Of a stretch of DNA of 64,000 nt, positions 27,771-39,021 are shown piece after piece. The number at the start of each line of letters is the position of its first letter. The first letter of the stretch is position 1. The position numbers were made by a program, and so were the translations under genes. The notes under the pieces were generated by a model, which was not told where the DNA came from, did not search any database, and saw only the letters and a program-made list of their open reading frames with translations. Origin of the DNA: Eledone cirrhosa (taxonomy: Eukaryota); assembly GCA_964016885.1 (NCBI GenBank), contig CAXHJY010001677.1, positions 186,001-250,000 of the forward strand, read 5' to 3'.

Positions 27771-29405
27771 TTACCCTGAAGGATCACAAATCCAATTTTC
27801 CGAACAACCCCTCTATTCGCCTTATTAACCCTACGAAGTCCGATTTAGGTAGACTTAGTAAAAGGATTCTTGATAGAATTATACCTGAAATTAGAAGTTT
27901 GGCCCCTCTTGCACTGTGGAACAATTCTTTCGCGATGATTGATTGGTTCAACGGCATATGTAACAAGGAACATTGCCGTTTTATCCAATTCGACATCAAC
28001 AATTAATACTCCTCCATCACTTTACCACTTCTCCTTAGAGCTATCAATTTCGCTAAAACACTCACAGTGGTTAAGGATTTCGAAGTTGATGTCATCCTCA
28101 ATGCCCGTAAGTCGGTGATTAATTTCTACGACTCTATTTGGATTAAACAATCCAATAGTACCCCATTCGACGTGAGTATGGGCGCCAGTGATTCTGCGGA
28201 GGTTACTGATCTTATCGGCTTTTTCCTTCTTTTCTCTATCAAGTACGAATTCCCCAACGCGGGCGGTGGTTTGTACCGTGATGATGGTCTTTTGACCATG
28301 ACTAAGTGCGGACCTCGTGCTTGCGACAGGTTCAGAAAAGAACTAACAGCCTTCTTTAAAGGCTTCAACCTATCTATACAGGTTGAGGCCAATCTCTCGG
28401 TCATTAATTACCTCGACGTTACCTCAATTTATTGAATGGGTTGTATTACCCGTATAGAAATCCGAATGATACGCTTAATTACATAAGTAAGCATTCCAAC
28501 CATCCTGCCAGCATAACCAAGAACGTGGTAAGAAACGTTTCGGTGAGGCTTTCCCGTCTATCTACTAACGAGCATATTTTCAACGACCATTCCACTTATT
28601 ACAATGAAGGTCTTGCTCGGAGTGGATTTGTCGATAAGGTAGCATATACTGAGTACGAAAATAGACCTAGAAGAAATAGATCCCGTCGCATTTGTTGGTA
28701 TAACCCACCATTTAATATGGAGGTGGCCACACCATTAGCTAAGATCTTTCTTTCCCTTATTACGAAGCATTTTCCCCTACACATAAATATAGTAACATTT
28801 TTATTAGAAATACTATTAAAATTTCTTACTCTACGACTCCTAACCTTGCACATAACATCACAGCTTCAAATTTAGCTAACCTACCTAGCCGTAAGAACAC
28901 GTGCAACCCTGTAGTTAGTACTAACTGTAATTGTAGGAATCGGGTTGATTGCCCCCGATCCGGGAAATACCTCTCTAGTAACATTGTCTACAAATGAAAG
29001 GTTGAAACACCCACGTCCCGTAGGGCCTACATAGTGTTAACTGCCAATAGATTCAAGCAGCGTCTTTACATGCATACCCATTCTTTTCGTTACCCTCAAA
29101 GAAGGAATATGACGTCAGTTTCAGCTTATATCTGGAGTCTAAAAGACAACCACACCCAATATAAGTTACACTGGGAGATCTTAGCTAGCGATAGATCGTA
29201 TAACGGAAATAAAAGACCATGTGACCTCTGCGCCGCTGAGGCCCTGGAAATACTCTACGCCACAGACCACATCTTAAACAAAAAATCTGAGGCAATTTCG
29301 GCTTGTAAACATACATTGCACAAAACTTTCCTGTATTACAGCCCACGTTATACCCTAACGGATAGTACGATCTATACGTGGATATTTTTCGTCTTGATGT
29401 GGTAG
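27771..29405 (+). pseudogene. Penelope RT/GIY-YIG ORF, disrupted (clade possibly Nematis-like)
   Basis: ORF pieces 27761..28006, 28067..28435, 28432..28875 and 29034..29405, separated by stops and frameshifts. The clade call is inference. Confidence 0.88.
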
Positions 29406-30285
29406 CTAAGTATATGTTTTGTTTATACCATTACGTATTTGCATAGGTAAGTATATTTTACCTGTATGTTTCGTGAAGGTACTTATATTTGATTGTATAT
29501 GTTATGGCGTATAATTTTTATATATTCTGGTACATATGGTTTGGTTATGTGTATACGGGAGTTTTGCGTCTGTGTGAGTATGCAGGTTCGTACGTATGTA
29601 GGGTGTGTGTGTATATGTGTACTTCATGTTTGGTTGACTTACGTCTCTGAACATTTGTGTATTTACATGTAGGTATGTGTGTGCGCTTGTTATATACGTA
29701 TTTATTTATATACGTTTATTTAATTATTTATTTATTTGTATACACGCATACACGCACACACATATTTATATGTGCGTGGTTTTGTATACCTATGGTAATT
29801 GTTTTCGCGTATGCTTGTGTATGTACGTATTTGTATGCGTGTATGTATTTATTTAATTTCTATTACTTCTGTATTGTATTTATTTACTTTGTTCTTAACT
29901 CTGACGCGGAGATTCATTCGGTCTCCTAGTTGGAATTTTAGTCTACGACTTCTGCTATACCATTTACGTGGTTTTGTCTTTGCATGCAATTGTTCTCCAC
30001 GCTCCAGATATGACGTATTATCTTCGTTTTTTAAGTTCATTGCCAGAGAACGTCTCTATGAACCACCTAAGAGAACATTAGTCTACGGCCTCTTTTATAC
30101 AATAAACGTGGTTCTGTCTTTGCGCGTAATTGTTTTTCTCCGCTCCTATTAATGACGTATTATATTCGTATTTCCCGTTATTTGCCAGCGAACGTTTCCA
30201 TGAACTAAAGTATCGTCTTCCTGTCTTCCTCCGGTTGCAACGTTTTTTGAAATATCCACTTCCGCGTTTACAGATTGAATTTGTT

Positions 30286-30336
30286 AGTTTCAGAAGATCC
30301 CGTTAAGGGTGAAAGCAGCGATTCTTTGCTTAAACT
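30286..30336 (+). ncRNA. hammerhead-like motif (variant core CAGAAGA) at the 3' end of the Penelope pLTR
   Basis: AGUUU-CAGAAGA-UCCC(GUUAA)GGGU-GAA-AGCA(GCGAUUCUU)UGCU-U^-AAACU; stems I, II and III can all form. Confidence 0.55.
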
Positions 30337-30357
30337 TTAATCTGTTATTTTAATAAA

Positions 30358-30458
<101 letters not shown>

Positions 30459-30459
30459 G

Positions 30460-32520
30460 AAAGTGAGGTTTTTTACAAAATGAAAAATAACCGAGTGAAA
30501 GTATAAAAAAAAAAGATAAAATCGAAAATGCAACTCGAGTCATATTTTTTTTAAAAATATATATATTTATTTGGTTTCTTTACCGGTTTCGCAGTTCTTC
30601 TGCTTTTCAAAAGTTGATTTGTGATGGAGGGTCAAGGTTTTTCTCACATCTGGTTGGTCTTAGAATGTTACTTGTTTTATATGGAAAAAAGTGGCTCGAA
30701 ACGCCAGTTTGTTTGAGAAGTACTTTGATTGGTTGGTCAATAAGTATAATAATTTTTGCGCCAGTTCGCTTTATAAAGTTCTTCAAACAGTGGCTCAGGT
30801 TGTTTTTTCATATATAAGTGAAGTTTGCTTGGTTGATGCAATCACGTGAATAAGCACATCAGCTTTCGCGCCAGTTTGTTTGATTTTCTTTTTACTTAAA
30901 AAAAGTGGCTCACGAAGGCTTTTTTTTATAAATGTAATTGGATTGGTTATAAATGAAATTATGGCTGTCACGTTCATTAAATTATGGCTGTCAAGTTCAT
31001 TAAATTTCGCGCCCGTATTTGGGAATTTATTTTGTAGCCTTTTAGAGAATTTTATGACAAGCAAAAGATAATGGTCAAGAGAGATGGGATGGGGGGAATT
31101 GTTCTGGTTCAGTGCATATGGTAGGTTGTTTTTTCATATATGAATGAAGTCACGTGAATAAGCACATCAGCTTTCGCCTCTGTTTGTTTGAATTTCTTTT
31201 TACATTAAAAAAAGTGGCTCACGAAGGCTTTTTTTAAATAAATGTAATTTGATTGGTTATAAATGAAATTAAGACTGTCAGGTGAACAAGTTCATTAAAT
31301 TTCGCGCCCGTACTTGGGAATTTATTTTGTAGCCTTTTAGAGAATTTTATGACAAACAAAAGATTATGGTCAAGAGAAATGGGATGGGAGAATTGTTCTG
31401 GTTCAGTGAATATGGTTGGTTCCCTGGGGTGTCATAATTCAGACTTTCTATTGAAATAAAGAAAATAGAGATATGTATCTTTATTTGTGTGCTTGTGTGT
31501 GTGTAAAGGGAGATGATAATATTAGCAGAAATGGGGGAGGGAGTTGTGTGTGTGTGTATATGGGTGTTATGTGTGTGTGATTGTGTGTGGGGATATGTTA
31601 AGATGGAGAGAATATATACATTTTGTGTGTGTGTATGTTTGTAGGAAAGTGATTCTATTAGTATAAATGGGGGAGGGAGTTGTGTGTGTGTGTGGGGGGG
31701 GTTATGAGTGTGTGTATGGGTGTTATGTGTGTGTGGAGGTATGGTTAGCATTTTAAGACGAAGAGGATATATATTTGGTGTGTGTGTGTGTATGTAGGAA
31801 ATGATTCCGTTAGTAGAAATATTTTTGAATGAACAAATTTTCCTTATTTATTCGTATTTGTTCTGTTGTATTGTCAGCGCAAACGTATGTTAAGGTTTAT
31901 TTAGTTCGGGTTTTTATTTTCTAAAGTAGAAGGTGTTATGTGTGTGTGTATGTGTCTGTTTGGATGGTTAGCATGTTATGGTGTTGACATAATGTATATT
32001 AAACCATATTTAATGCTGGTCTATATTTTTGAATAAACATATTTTCCTTATTTATTCGTATTTGTTCTGTTGTATTGTCAGCGCAAAGGTAAAATGGGAA
32101 GACTTGGAATTTGGTTGTCTTATTAGTTGCGCATATGACTAGATGCGTACTTAGTGTTATCTGTCTCGTGGTTGGATCTCGTAATTGTTGGCGATGAACT
32201 GTTATTCTGTTTCTGAGTGTGAGTTTAGTTTGTCCTATATAATCTTCATTGCATCCTTTACATTTAATGGTATAAAGTAGATTTTTGATGAGCAAGTGAA
32301 GTGATTTTTTACAGCAAAATTTTGTCCTGATTGGAATGTATACGTGTTGCATTCAATAAGGTGAGTGCAGGTTCCACAATAAGAGCGACCACATTTTTTG
32401 ACAGTTGGTTGTGGGTTTGTGGTAGGTAATTTAGCATTGGTGAGTAATGTTTTCAGTGATTTCGGTTGTCTTTTGCTTTTGATTATTTTGTGTGTTTCAA
32501 GGGCATTTTTCATACTTGGG
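30460..32520 (-). mobile_element. Penelope-like (Neptune-type) element 3' portion: Cys-rich linker, GIY-YIG, long repetitive 3' region
   Basis: ORFs 32235..32555 and 31999..32352: CGRSYCGTC, FTCSSKNLLYTIKCKGCNEDYIGQT..LRNRITVHRQ..ENMFIQKYRPALN. Direct repeat 30797-31122 / 31123-31425; hammerhead near the end; abuts (TA)n. Confidence 0.88.
30578..30613 (-). ncRNA. minimal hammerhead ribozyme with U3-A8 covariation
   Basis: Minus strand: CUU-UUGAAAA-GCAG(AAGAA)CUGC-GAA-ACCGGU-A^-AAG; palindromic stem III. Confidence 0.7.
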
Positions 32521-32529
32521 TCTTGTTTC

Positions 32530-34540
32530 AGTAGGGGAAGGGCCAACGTCTGCAATCCTGACCAGGTCCATACACGACAACCTACACCCCGTGCGATACA
32601 TCATAGTGAGGGTAGGGTGTAAACCTGGCTTCGGTGGGGCTCTGATCAATTTAGATCAGTCTAAGGCATTTGATAGGGTCGACCAAGGCGGCCGGCTTCG
32701 GTCATGTCTTCAGAGGCTGGATCGCTGCCATGCATACTAGCATCTGCTCGGCAGTCAGAGTAAATGGCTACCTATCGGAGCCATTCAAAATCATGCGTTC
32801 CATCCGACAGGGATGCCCTCTCTCCTCCATTCTGTATGTACTGACTCTCGAGCCATTACTGCGGAAGTTGGAGCTGTTTCAGGGCATCACCGATCGAACC
32901 AGGATTGCGGAAAGCAGCGTCGGTCTGTGCCGACGGAGTAACTGTGATGGTGTCGAAAACGTCGGACATCGGGGTAATCGGCAACCTATTACAGGAATAC
33001 GAAACGTTGACAGGAGCAAGACTAAAGCCAAACAAGTCTGTCGGTTTGTAATTCGGCACATGGAGAGGCAAACCTATGCCTTCCGAAAGTGTCATTGGAC
33101 GCTGGACGGAAGGATCGGTGAAATTGCTCGGAGTCTGGTTTGGTCCCGACCTCCAGGTGGACAAGAAGTGAAACGAGGTCACGGCGAAGGTGTTTGCACT
33201 CACCCAGAAGTGGGCTGAGTACAAACTCTCCTTGAAAGGTCGAGCGGAGGGGGAGTACACTTACATAGCGTCCGTCGTCTACTACTGCCTTGTCCCTGCG
33301 AATACCTCACCAAAATGGAACGCCTACTCTTCAAGTTCCTCTGGAAGAAACAGGCTCCATTGGTGAGGAGATACATCTGCTGGCAACACCCTTCTAACGG
33401 AAGGCTGGACATGCCGTGGCTGATGATGCGCAAACACGCGCTGAGGCTAAGCCATCTCCGGGTATTCCTGGCCGGCGAATCTGTGTGGCTGTCGTTTGTG
33501 AGACAAGCTCTTCCACAACTCGTCTCACTAACAGAGCTGCAGTCCTGGGTCAAGCGAAGACCGGAAATGGGCGCCTGGCACCTCGAGTGCCTTCAGGCGC
33601 TCACAGCCTTCTACCAAGCGGAAACAGCAATCAGCGGAGACTCCACATCGACATTATATAGGGGATTGGTGGAGGATAAGTGCGACGACGTTCTCAGAGA
33701 AACTCTAGGCAACGAGGAAGACGAACTGACCAGTCTGTTCGAGAGGACTTTCCGTCCATAGTCTATGGATAACTTCCAGATGTCTCTGGCCTGGCAGTGC
33801 TACCGAGGAGCTCTACCAGTTCGAGACAAAATCAACAGGCACGCACGCCCTGGAAGAAACTGCCAAAAGGACCTGTCCAAGATGCGAGCAGGACATCGAA
33901 ACAGTTCTGCACGCAATTGTTCAGTGCCCAGGGGTGACCAACCTGTGGAATTATATCGAACTGCTACTGACACGCATGGGGCGCATGCAGTTGTCAGCCG
34001 ATTCCATCGTGAGGATCACCCCGCCGCTTTCATTTAAGAATGAAAGAGAGGCTGTTTTCCTCTGTCTGGTGGCTATGGCGAAAGAGGTAATATGGTGGAC
34101 GAGGTTAAAACGACTGAGTGCAAACATCTTTCTCTCCGGACAACAACTCATCCCCTTCTTTAAGTACCACTTCAGCAGGAAGGTGAGAGTGGAGGGAGAG
34201 GTGCTACACCCCAGTAAATTAGCTGAAAGGTAGGTGAATGTGGCGAAAATGGCCCGAGTGAATGGGCCTTCTCTGTATATAAACCTGTAGGTTGAGGAAG
34301 ATTAACAGAGGGAAGACAGGAACACCTACAAAACGTGTTCCTGGTGTTGAGAGTTGTTCTATCCACGGGGTGTAAAACAACCCTGCAGTAACGTTCCCCC
34401 CTATTGGGGATTCCAATTGTTATTTTATTATATATAGTTTATTGTTATTTATTAATGCTAAATGATTTTTATGTAAAACCCCCGCCGACACGTCTTGTAA
34501 TGTCCCATATTTTTACGCCCCTGTGGCAAATAAAGAAAGC
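32530..34540 (+). mobile_element. L1/Tx1-clade LINE, 5'-truncated and disrupted
   Basis: SIHDNLH, INLDQSKAFDRVD, IRQGCPLSSILYVLTLEPLL, ADD-like motif decayed, FKFLWKK, C-terminal CCHC-like region; ends GTGGCAAATAAAGAAAGC. Confidence 0.88.
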
Positions 34541-34862
34541 TATCTATACATACAGATACACATGAAAGCATCCACACCCAGGGATACGTAGATATATGTG
34601 AACATATTCCAAATATTCGTCTGTGTGTGTGAAGATTTAATATTTGAATATAGAGTCAGGAATATCCATTGATCAACATGCCAGATATTCATGACTCTCC
34701 AGTAGAAGAGTAACACAGCTGTCTATATTTATTTCACCCGAAAAGAAAAATGAAAAATAAGAGATAACATTTAAAACAATCTATATTTTCAATAAACTGT
34801 CGAATAATTTGATGCTTCCTTCACTAAAATAATTCACATGTGTATGTATGCATATGCATGTA

Positions 34863-34907
<45 letters not shown>

Positions 34908-35384
34908 GTACATGTATTTGCATACATATCCAAAGTTATAAGAGCTCTCAGTCCGATGGAATGAATTTTAATATATAAATGTTGCGTAAATTCACATTTG
35001 CATCTGTCCAATACGATCCTTTTGCAGGGTAAGTTATTACTTCAGCAGCTCCTCGGTTATATATATATGTATATATGACGCACTCTCCCGTCGATATCCG
35101 ACGTATGAGTGTCTAACAAAAGTTCAGCTCTCTGAATGGCGGTGTCTCATGTGACATTTCAATCCCGCAAAAGCCCACCGGAAATGTGAAAAAGTGAACT
35201 GTTGTTGAACTATCCACACAAAGTTTTGTTTTAAGAGGTGAAGGCTTGGGTAGGACCAACGACAATATCTTCAGTGGCAAATGTTTGCCACGGAATATAC
35301 AACGACAGCCCTCACGAAAGAAAAAAGAAAATACTATTTGAATGGCCGTTGACTCTGCTAAGTCTAAAGTCTGTCTTAAACTAG

Positions 35385-35635
35385 AAGGTTCATTTGGCCG
35401 GTACTTATCCCGGTTTTATCATGTTAAGCGACTGAGAATACAAGACTACCACCCTGGACAGGACGCCAGTCCATCACAGGATTAAAGCCCAAGATATTGC
35501 TGGTACTCATTTTCAGCTGAATATACTTGAGCAGGATGAAATGAAGTGTTTTGCTCAAGAACACAACACTAAACCCAGGAATCGAACCCATGACGTTATG
35601 ATCGTAAGTCCAACATCATTACCACTAGGCCTCCA
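35385..35635 (-). mobile_element. tRNA-derived SINE, family B
   Basis: Minus strand has GGTTCGATTCC box B, GTTGTGTTCTTGAGCAAAACACTT, CAGCTGAAAATGAGTACC. Confidence 0.8.
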
Positions 35636-35770
35636 CATATGTGTGTGTGAGTGTGTACACACTTACATGTATATTACTGACTATTATCATTATTATTGTC
35701 TCCTAGCCTTTATAATTAATTAATTGATTAATTATTTATTGTTTGTTTGATAACCTAGTTGGGAACTTAC

Positions 35771-35922
35771 TTTAGAGGCTGTGAATAAATTCCTTTGTTC
35801 ACACATTTGAATTTTCCCGCCAAAGCCCGGATGTGAATCTTCCACTTTTCTTCAGAAAGAGCACGGGACACCGCTGCCAAAGTTGCTGCTACAGTACTTG
35901 GTAGTGGAGTTAATAAGCCACG
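35771..35922 (-). CDS. candidate exon (RGLLTPLPSTVAATLAAVSRALSEEKWKIHIRALAGKFKCVNKGIYSQPL)
   Basis: Minus-strand acceptor TTTCGTTCCGTTTTCCACTAG, only one open frame, consensus donor GTAAGT. No recognised homology. Confidence 0.3.
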
Positions 35923-36314
35923 CTAGTGGAAAACGGAACGAAACGCCTGTTGAGAAAGGAATAACTTCGTTCCACCTTAGGATAAATTACTGGCTTGCAT
36001 GTTATGCAACTTGGAGGGTAGTTTTCGAATTCACAAAAACCAAGCGAAGATATTTATATATCTATTGATCAGGTCTAGGTTCGTCTTTAACCTGGTTGTA
36101 CTTTCATGGTTGTGGTGGTTTTGTGGCAACATCTCTCCGGCTGCAATTTTCACTGTTCCACACTCCTAACGTATTATTATTACTCTGAGCTATGATTTAT
36201 TAATTTATCGATATCACCTCATTGAGTGCTTTGTGCCAGCTTCAGATGATTGATTTCGAAAAATGCTAATCGCAACTGCAACTTTGATTATAAACATTAT
36301 TATTATATATATAA

Positions 36315-36508
36315 GCGCGGTGGATTGGCAGTATCGGTAGAGGGTTGGACGCCATGCTTTGCAACATGGAGTTACGGGCCTTTACGATCTGTGTTCAAAT
36401 CCTGCCGAGGTTAACTTTGCCTTTCATCCTTACGGGGTCGATAAAACAAAGTACCAGTAATGCACTGGGATAATTGCTAGCCTTGTGCCAAAGTAGAAAC
36501 AATTATTA
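36315..36508 (+). mobile_element. tRNA-derived SINE, family A (central domain resembling Meta/MESC-type SINEs)
   Basis: TGGCAGTATCGG head, GTTCAAATCC, GCCTTTCATCCTTACGGGGTCGATAAAACAAAGTACC, (ATT)n tail. The domain name is from recall. Confidence 0.8.
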
Positions 36509-36519
36509 TATATATATAT

Positions 36520-37210
36520 TGGAAAAGTAAAAAACAATAACAAGGAGTACAGTTACGAAAAGTGTTTTTTGGGGTGGGTGGGGGGAGGATGTTTCGGGCA
36601 TAAGCCTTTCATCAGGAGAGAGGTCGGAAGGAAAAGAGTTCAGAGAGGGTGTGAGGGGGAGTGGTGGAAAACATTAAAATAAAAGCATAAAAATTAAAAT
36701 GAAGAAAATTAAAATGAAAACAAATGGTGAAAGGGTGTGAGGTATGTAGAGCTGGTGGAGGGTAGATGGAAGGGGATAAGGAAATTTGGGGTCCGAGTGG
36801 GGAGGGTTGAAGGTGGTGTGTACGTTTCTGTGTATGCGTGGATGTGGCTGTGAGAGTTTGGTGGTGAACGAGGTTCCATGCTCGGGTATTAGGAAAACCA
36901 GTGTATACATGGGAGAGGTGTTTGTTTGCGTCTGGATGGAGATAGATCGGTAGGAGTGGGGGTTAGGGAGCGTGCGGAGGCCGGAGACAGAGTGGGTGTA
37001 TTTTAGGATACGCACGTGTGTGTGTTTGTGTGGCGTGGATACGTAGGAATGTATGGTTGCGTGTGTGCGAAAATTGTGTGTGTGTGTGTGTGTGTGTTCC
37101 TGAATGTTTTTTTCCGGTGTGTGTGCGGACAGATGGTGAAAATCCGGGTATTATCTGGTAGATGTGCTAAAAGTGTGACCAGCGGTGTTGGATCCGTGGA
37201 ATTGGTGAGG
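36520..37210 (-). mobile_element. decayed Penelope-like 3' remnant with hammerhead core
   Basis: Minus strand CUGAUGA-AAGGCUUAUGCCC-GAAAC at 36590-36615; the upstream frame resembles a GIY-YIG C-terminus (LVFL..P.HG); flanked by TA tracts. Confidence 0.5.
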
Positions 37211-37239
37211 AGGATATATATATATATATATATACAAAT

Positions 37240-38138
37240 ATATATGTTTCAAAAAATTAGATATCATTTGAGATGTAAATATCACAGAAACGACATAGTC
37301 AAAGCAAATGCTAAACAGGTTTAATGTTTAGCAACATAAGATTTATTCCTCCAAATTTGAATGAGAAATACAAAGGTATGTGGATTCCATGAACGACTTC
37401 ACAAATGTTCAATATGCGCACCGCCCGAGACACGGCACACGTCAAGTCGGTAGTCCAGCTCCTCCCAAACACGCTGCAGCATGTCTTGGGCAACAGTCTC
37501 CAGAGTTGTAGTGATTCTCTGTTTGAGTTCCTCTAGGTTTGCAGGAAGAGGTCCTACACATAGCCCCAGAGAAAAAAATCGCAAGTGTCAGGTCAGGTGA
37601 ACGTGGCGGCCATTTCAGCAGCAGATGGTCTTCATCACCAGTACGCCCGATCCATCTCCCTCACAGATTGTCATTGAGATAAGCCCGTACAGTGAGCTTC
37701 CAGTGGGGTGGATCCCCCGTCCTGTTGAAAAATAAAGTCTTCATGTTCATTTGCAATGACCTCATCCATTAGCCAGTTCTGAAGCATTTGCAGATAAACA
37801 TCGCCGGTCACATTTCCCTCAAAGAAAAACGGGCCATGAAGATGCTTCTTGGAGATGGCGCAGAACACATCAGTTTTGGTTAGTCCCTCTCATTCTCAAA
37901 TGTGGCAAGGAGATTTTCTTCGCCCCAAATGCGAACATTATGCTTATGGACTTCGCCATTCGTATGAAATGTGCCCTCATCATTTCGAGTGAATGCCATT
38001 ACTATACCTGAAAAGATAAACATATCAAACATTAAACATGAAATTTTGACCTGTTTCTACACAGGCTGTTAAAATTTGAAATCATTTGAACGGGAACTGG
38101 CAAAGTTATTACTGGCAAATATTTTAAAATACCCTGTA
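37240..38138 (-). mobile_element. Tc1/mariner-superfamily DNA transposon remnant
   Basis: DEGTFH, FCAISKKHLHGPFFFEGNVTGDVYLQML, FIFQQDG, WPPRSPDLT, PANLEELKQRI, GGAHIEHL; terminus TA-CAGGGT at 38138. Confidence 0.88.
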
Positions 38139-38180
38139 TATTGGAAAATGTGTGAGATCCTTTGTACAGTTAGATATATT

Positions 38181-38311
38181 TAAAAAAAAGGAAAAGAATG
38201 ACTTCACTTGTAGTGTTAAAAAAATTGATTTCATTTTATAATATTATAATATTATAAAATGAAATCAAATTTTTTAACACTACAAATGAAGTCATTCTTT
38301 TCCCTTTTTTA
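38181..38311. repeat. ~130-bp near-perfect palindrome centred on TA
   Basis: GGAAAAGAATGACTTCACTTGTAGTGTTAAAA..ATATTA|TAATAT..TTTTAACACTACAAATGAAGTCATTCTTTTCC. Confidence 0.93.
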
Positions 38312-38928
38312 ATATATATATATATATATATACATATCGTTCACTGAATACCTGGGGGACACTTTTCATTTGCGCTTGTACCCCATATCCTCGTACACGA
38401 AGCTAAGCAGTTTCTCATATGACCATACGACGAAATGAAATATAAAGGCAACGATCATATTCGCTACCACCTTCTTTCTTTACACCCCCTTGTGACTGCT
38501 TCTATGCATGTGTGTATGTATGCACAACATTTCGTACACAAATTTGTACATGCCCTACGATTGTCAGTTTGCGCGCACGCTAATTCAGACCTCAACAATC
38601 TTAGAACAGCCAGCCACGTCATGTTACAAAGCCCATCCTTTAACTCTTCGCACAAACAAACATACACACGCATGCACGTGTTCACTTAAAATATACAATA
38701 ATTACCTTTTTTCTAAACGCCCTTAATACCTCACATACCCACTGACTACATTTTCTCCAAAAATAGCTGCCTGAATACGCACCTGCGTTTTTCTCTCAAT
38801 ATTTTTCTGTACCTTCCTCTTCCCACTGTTTATATCATCTTTTATTCATATCATTCTATCTTCTGCTGAAGCACTAGCGTCCGTTAGGTAAAGTCTCCTT
38901 CCCTACTGTATCAATCGTTAATCTAATA

Positions 38929-38987
38929 CAAAGGTTCTCAACGGGGGGCAAATGCACCCCCTGGGGCGTTTTGAAGTAAGGGGGCGT

Positions 38988-39021
<34 letters not shown>

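Noticed and set aside
28995-28997. In-frame TGA at a Cys position of the Penelope GIY-YIG (selenocysteine, as reported for some Naiad PLEs)
   Set aside because: The sibling copy has TGT at this site, this copy has other stops and frameshifts, and no SECIS was recognised. Most likely decay.
36315-36410. tRNA genes
   Set aside because: Box A/B-like motifs belong to SINE heads; no complete cloverleaf seen.
38989-39018. 30-nt poly-G as a functional G-quadruplex or poly-Pro ORF
   Set aside because: Homopolymer within the hAT subterminal region; length unreliable and no supporting context.
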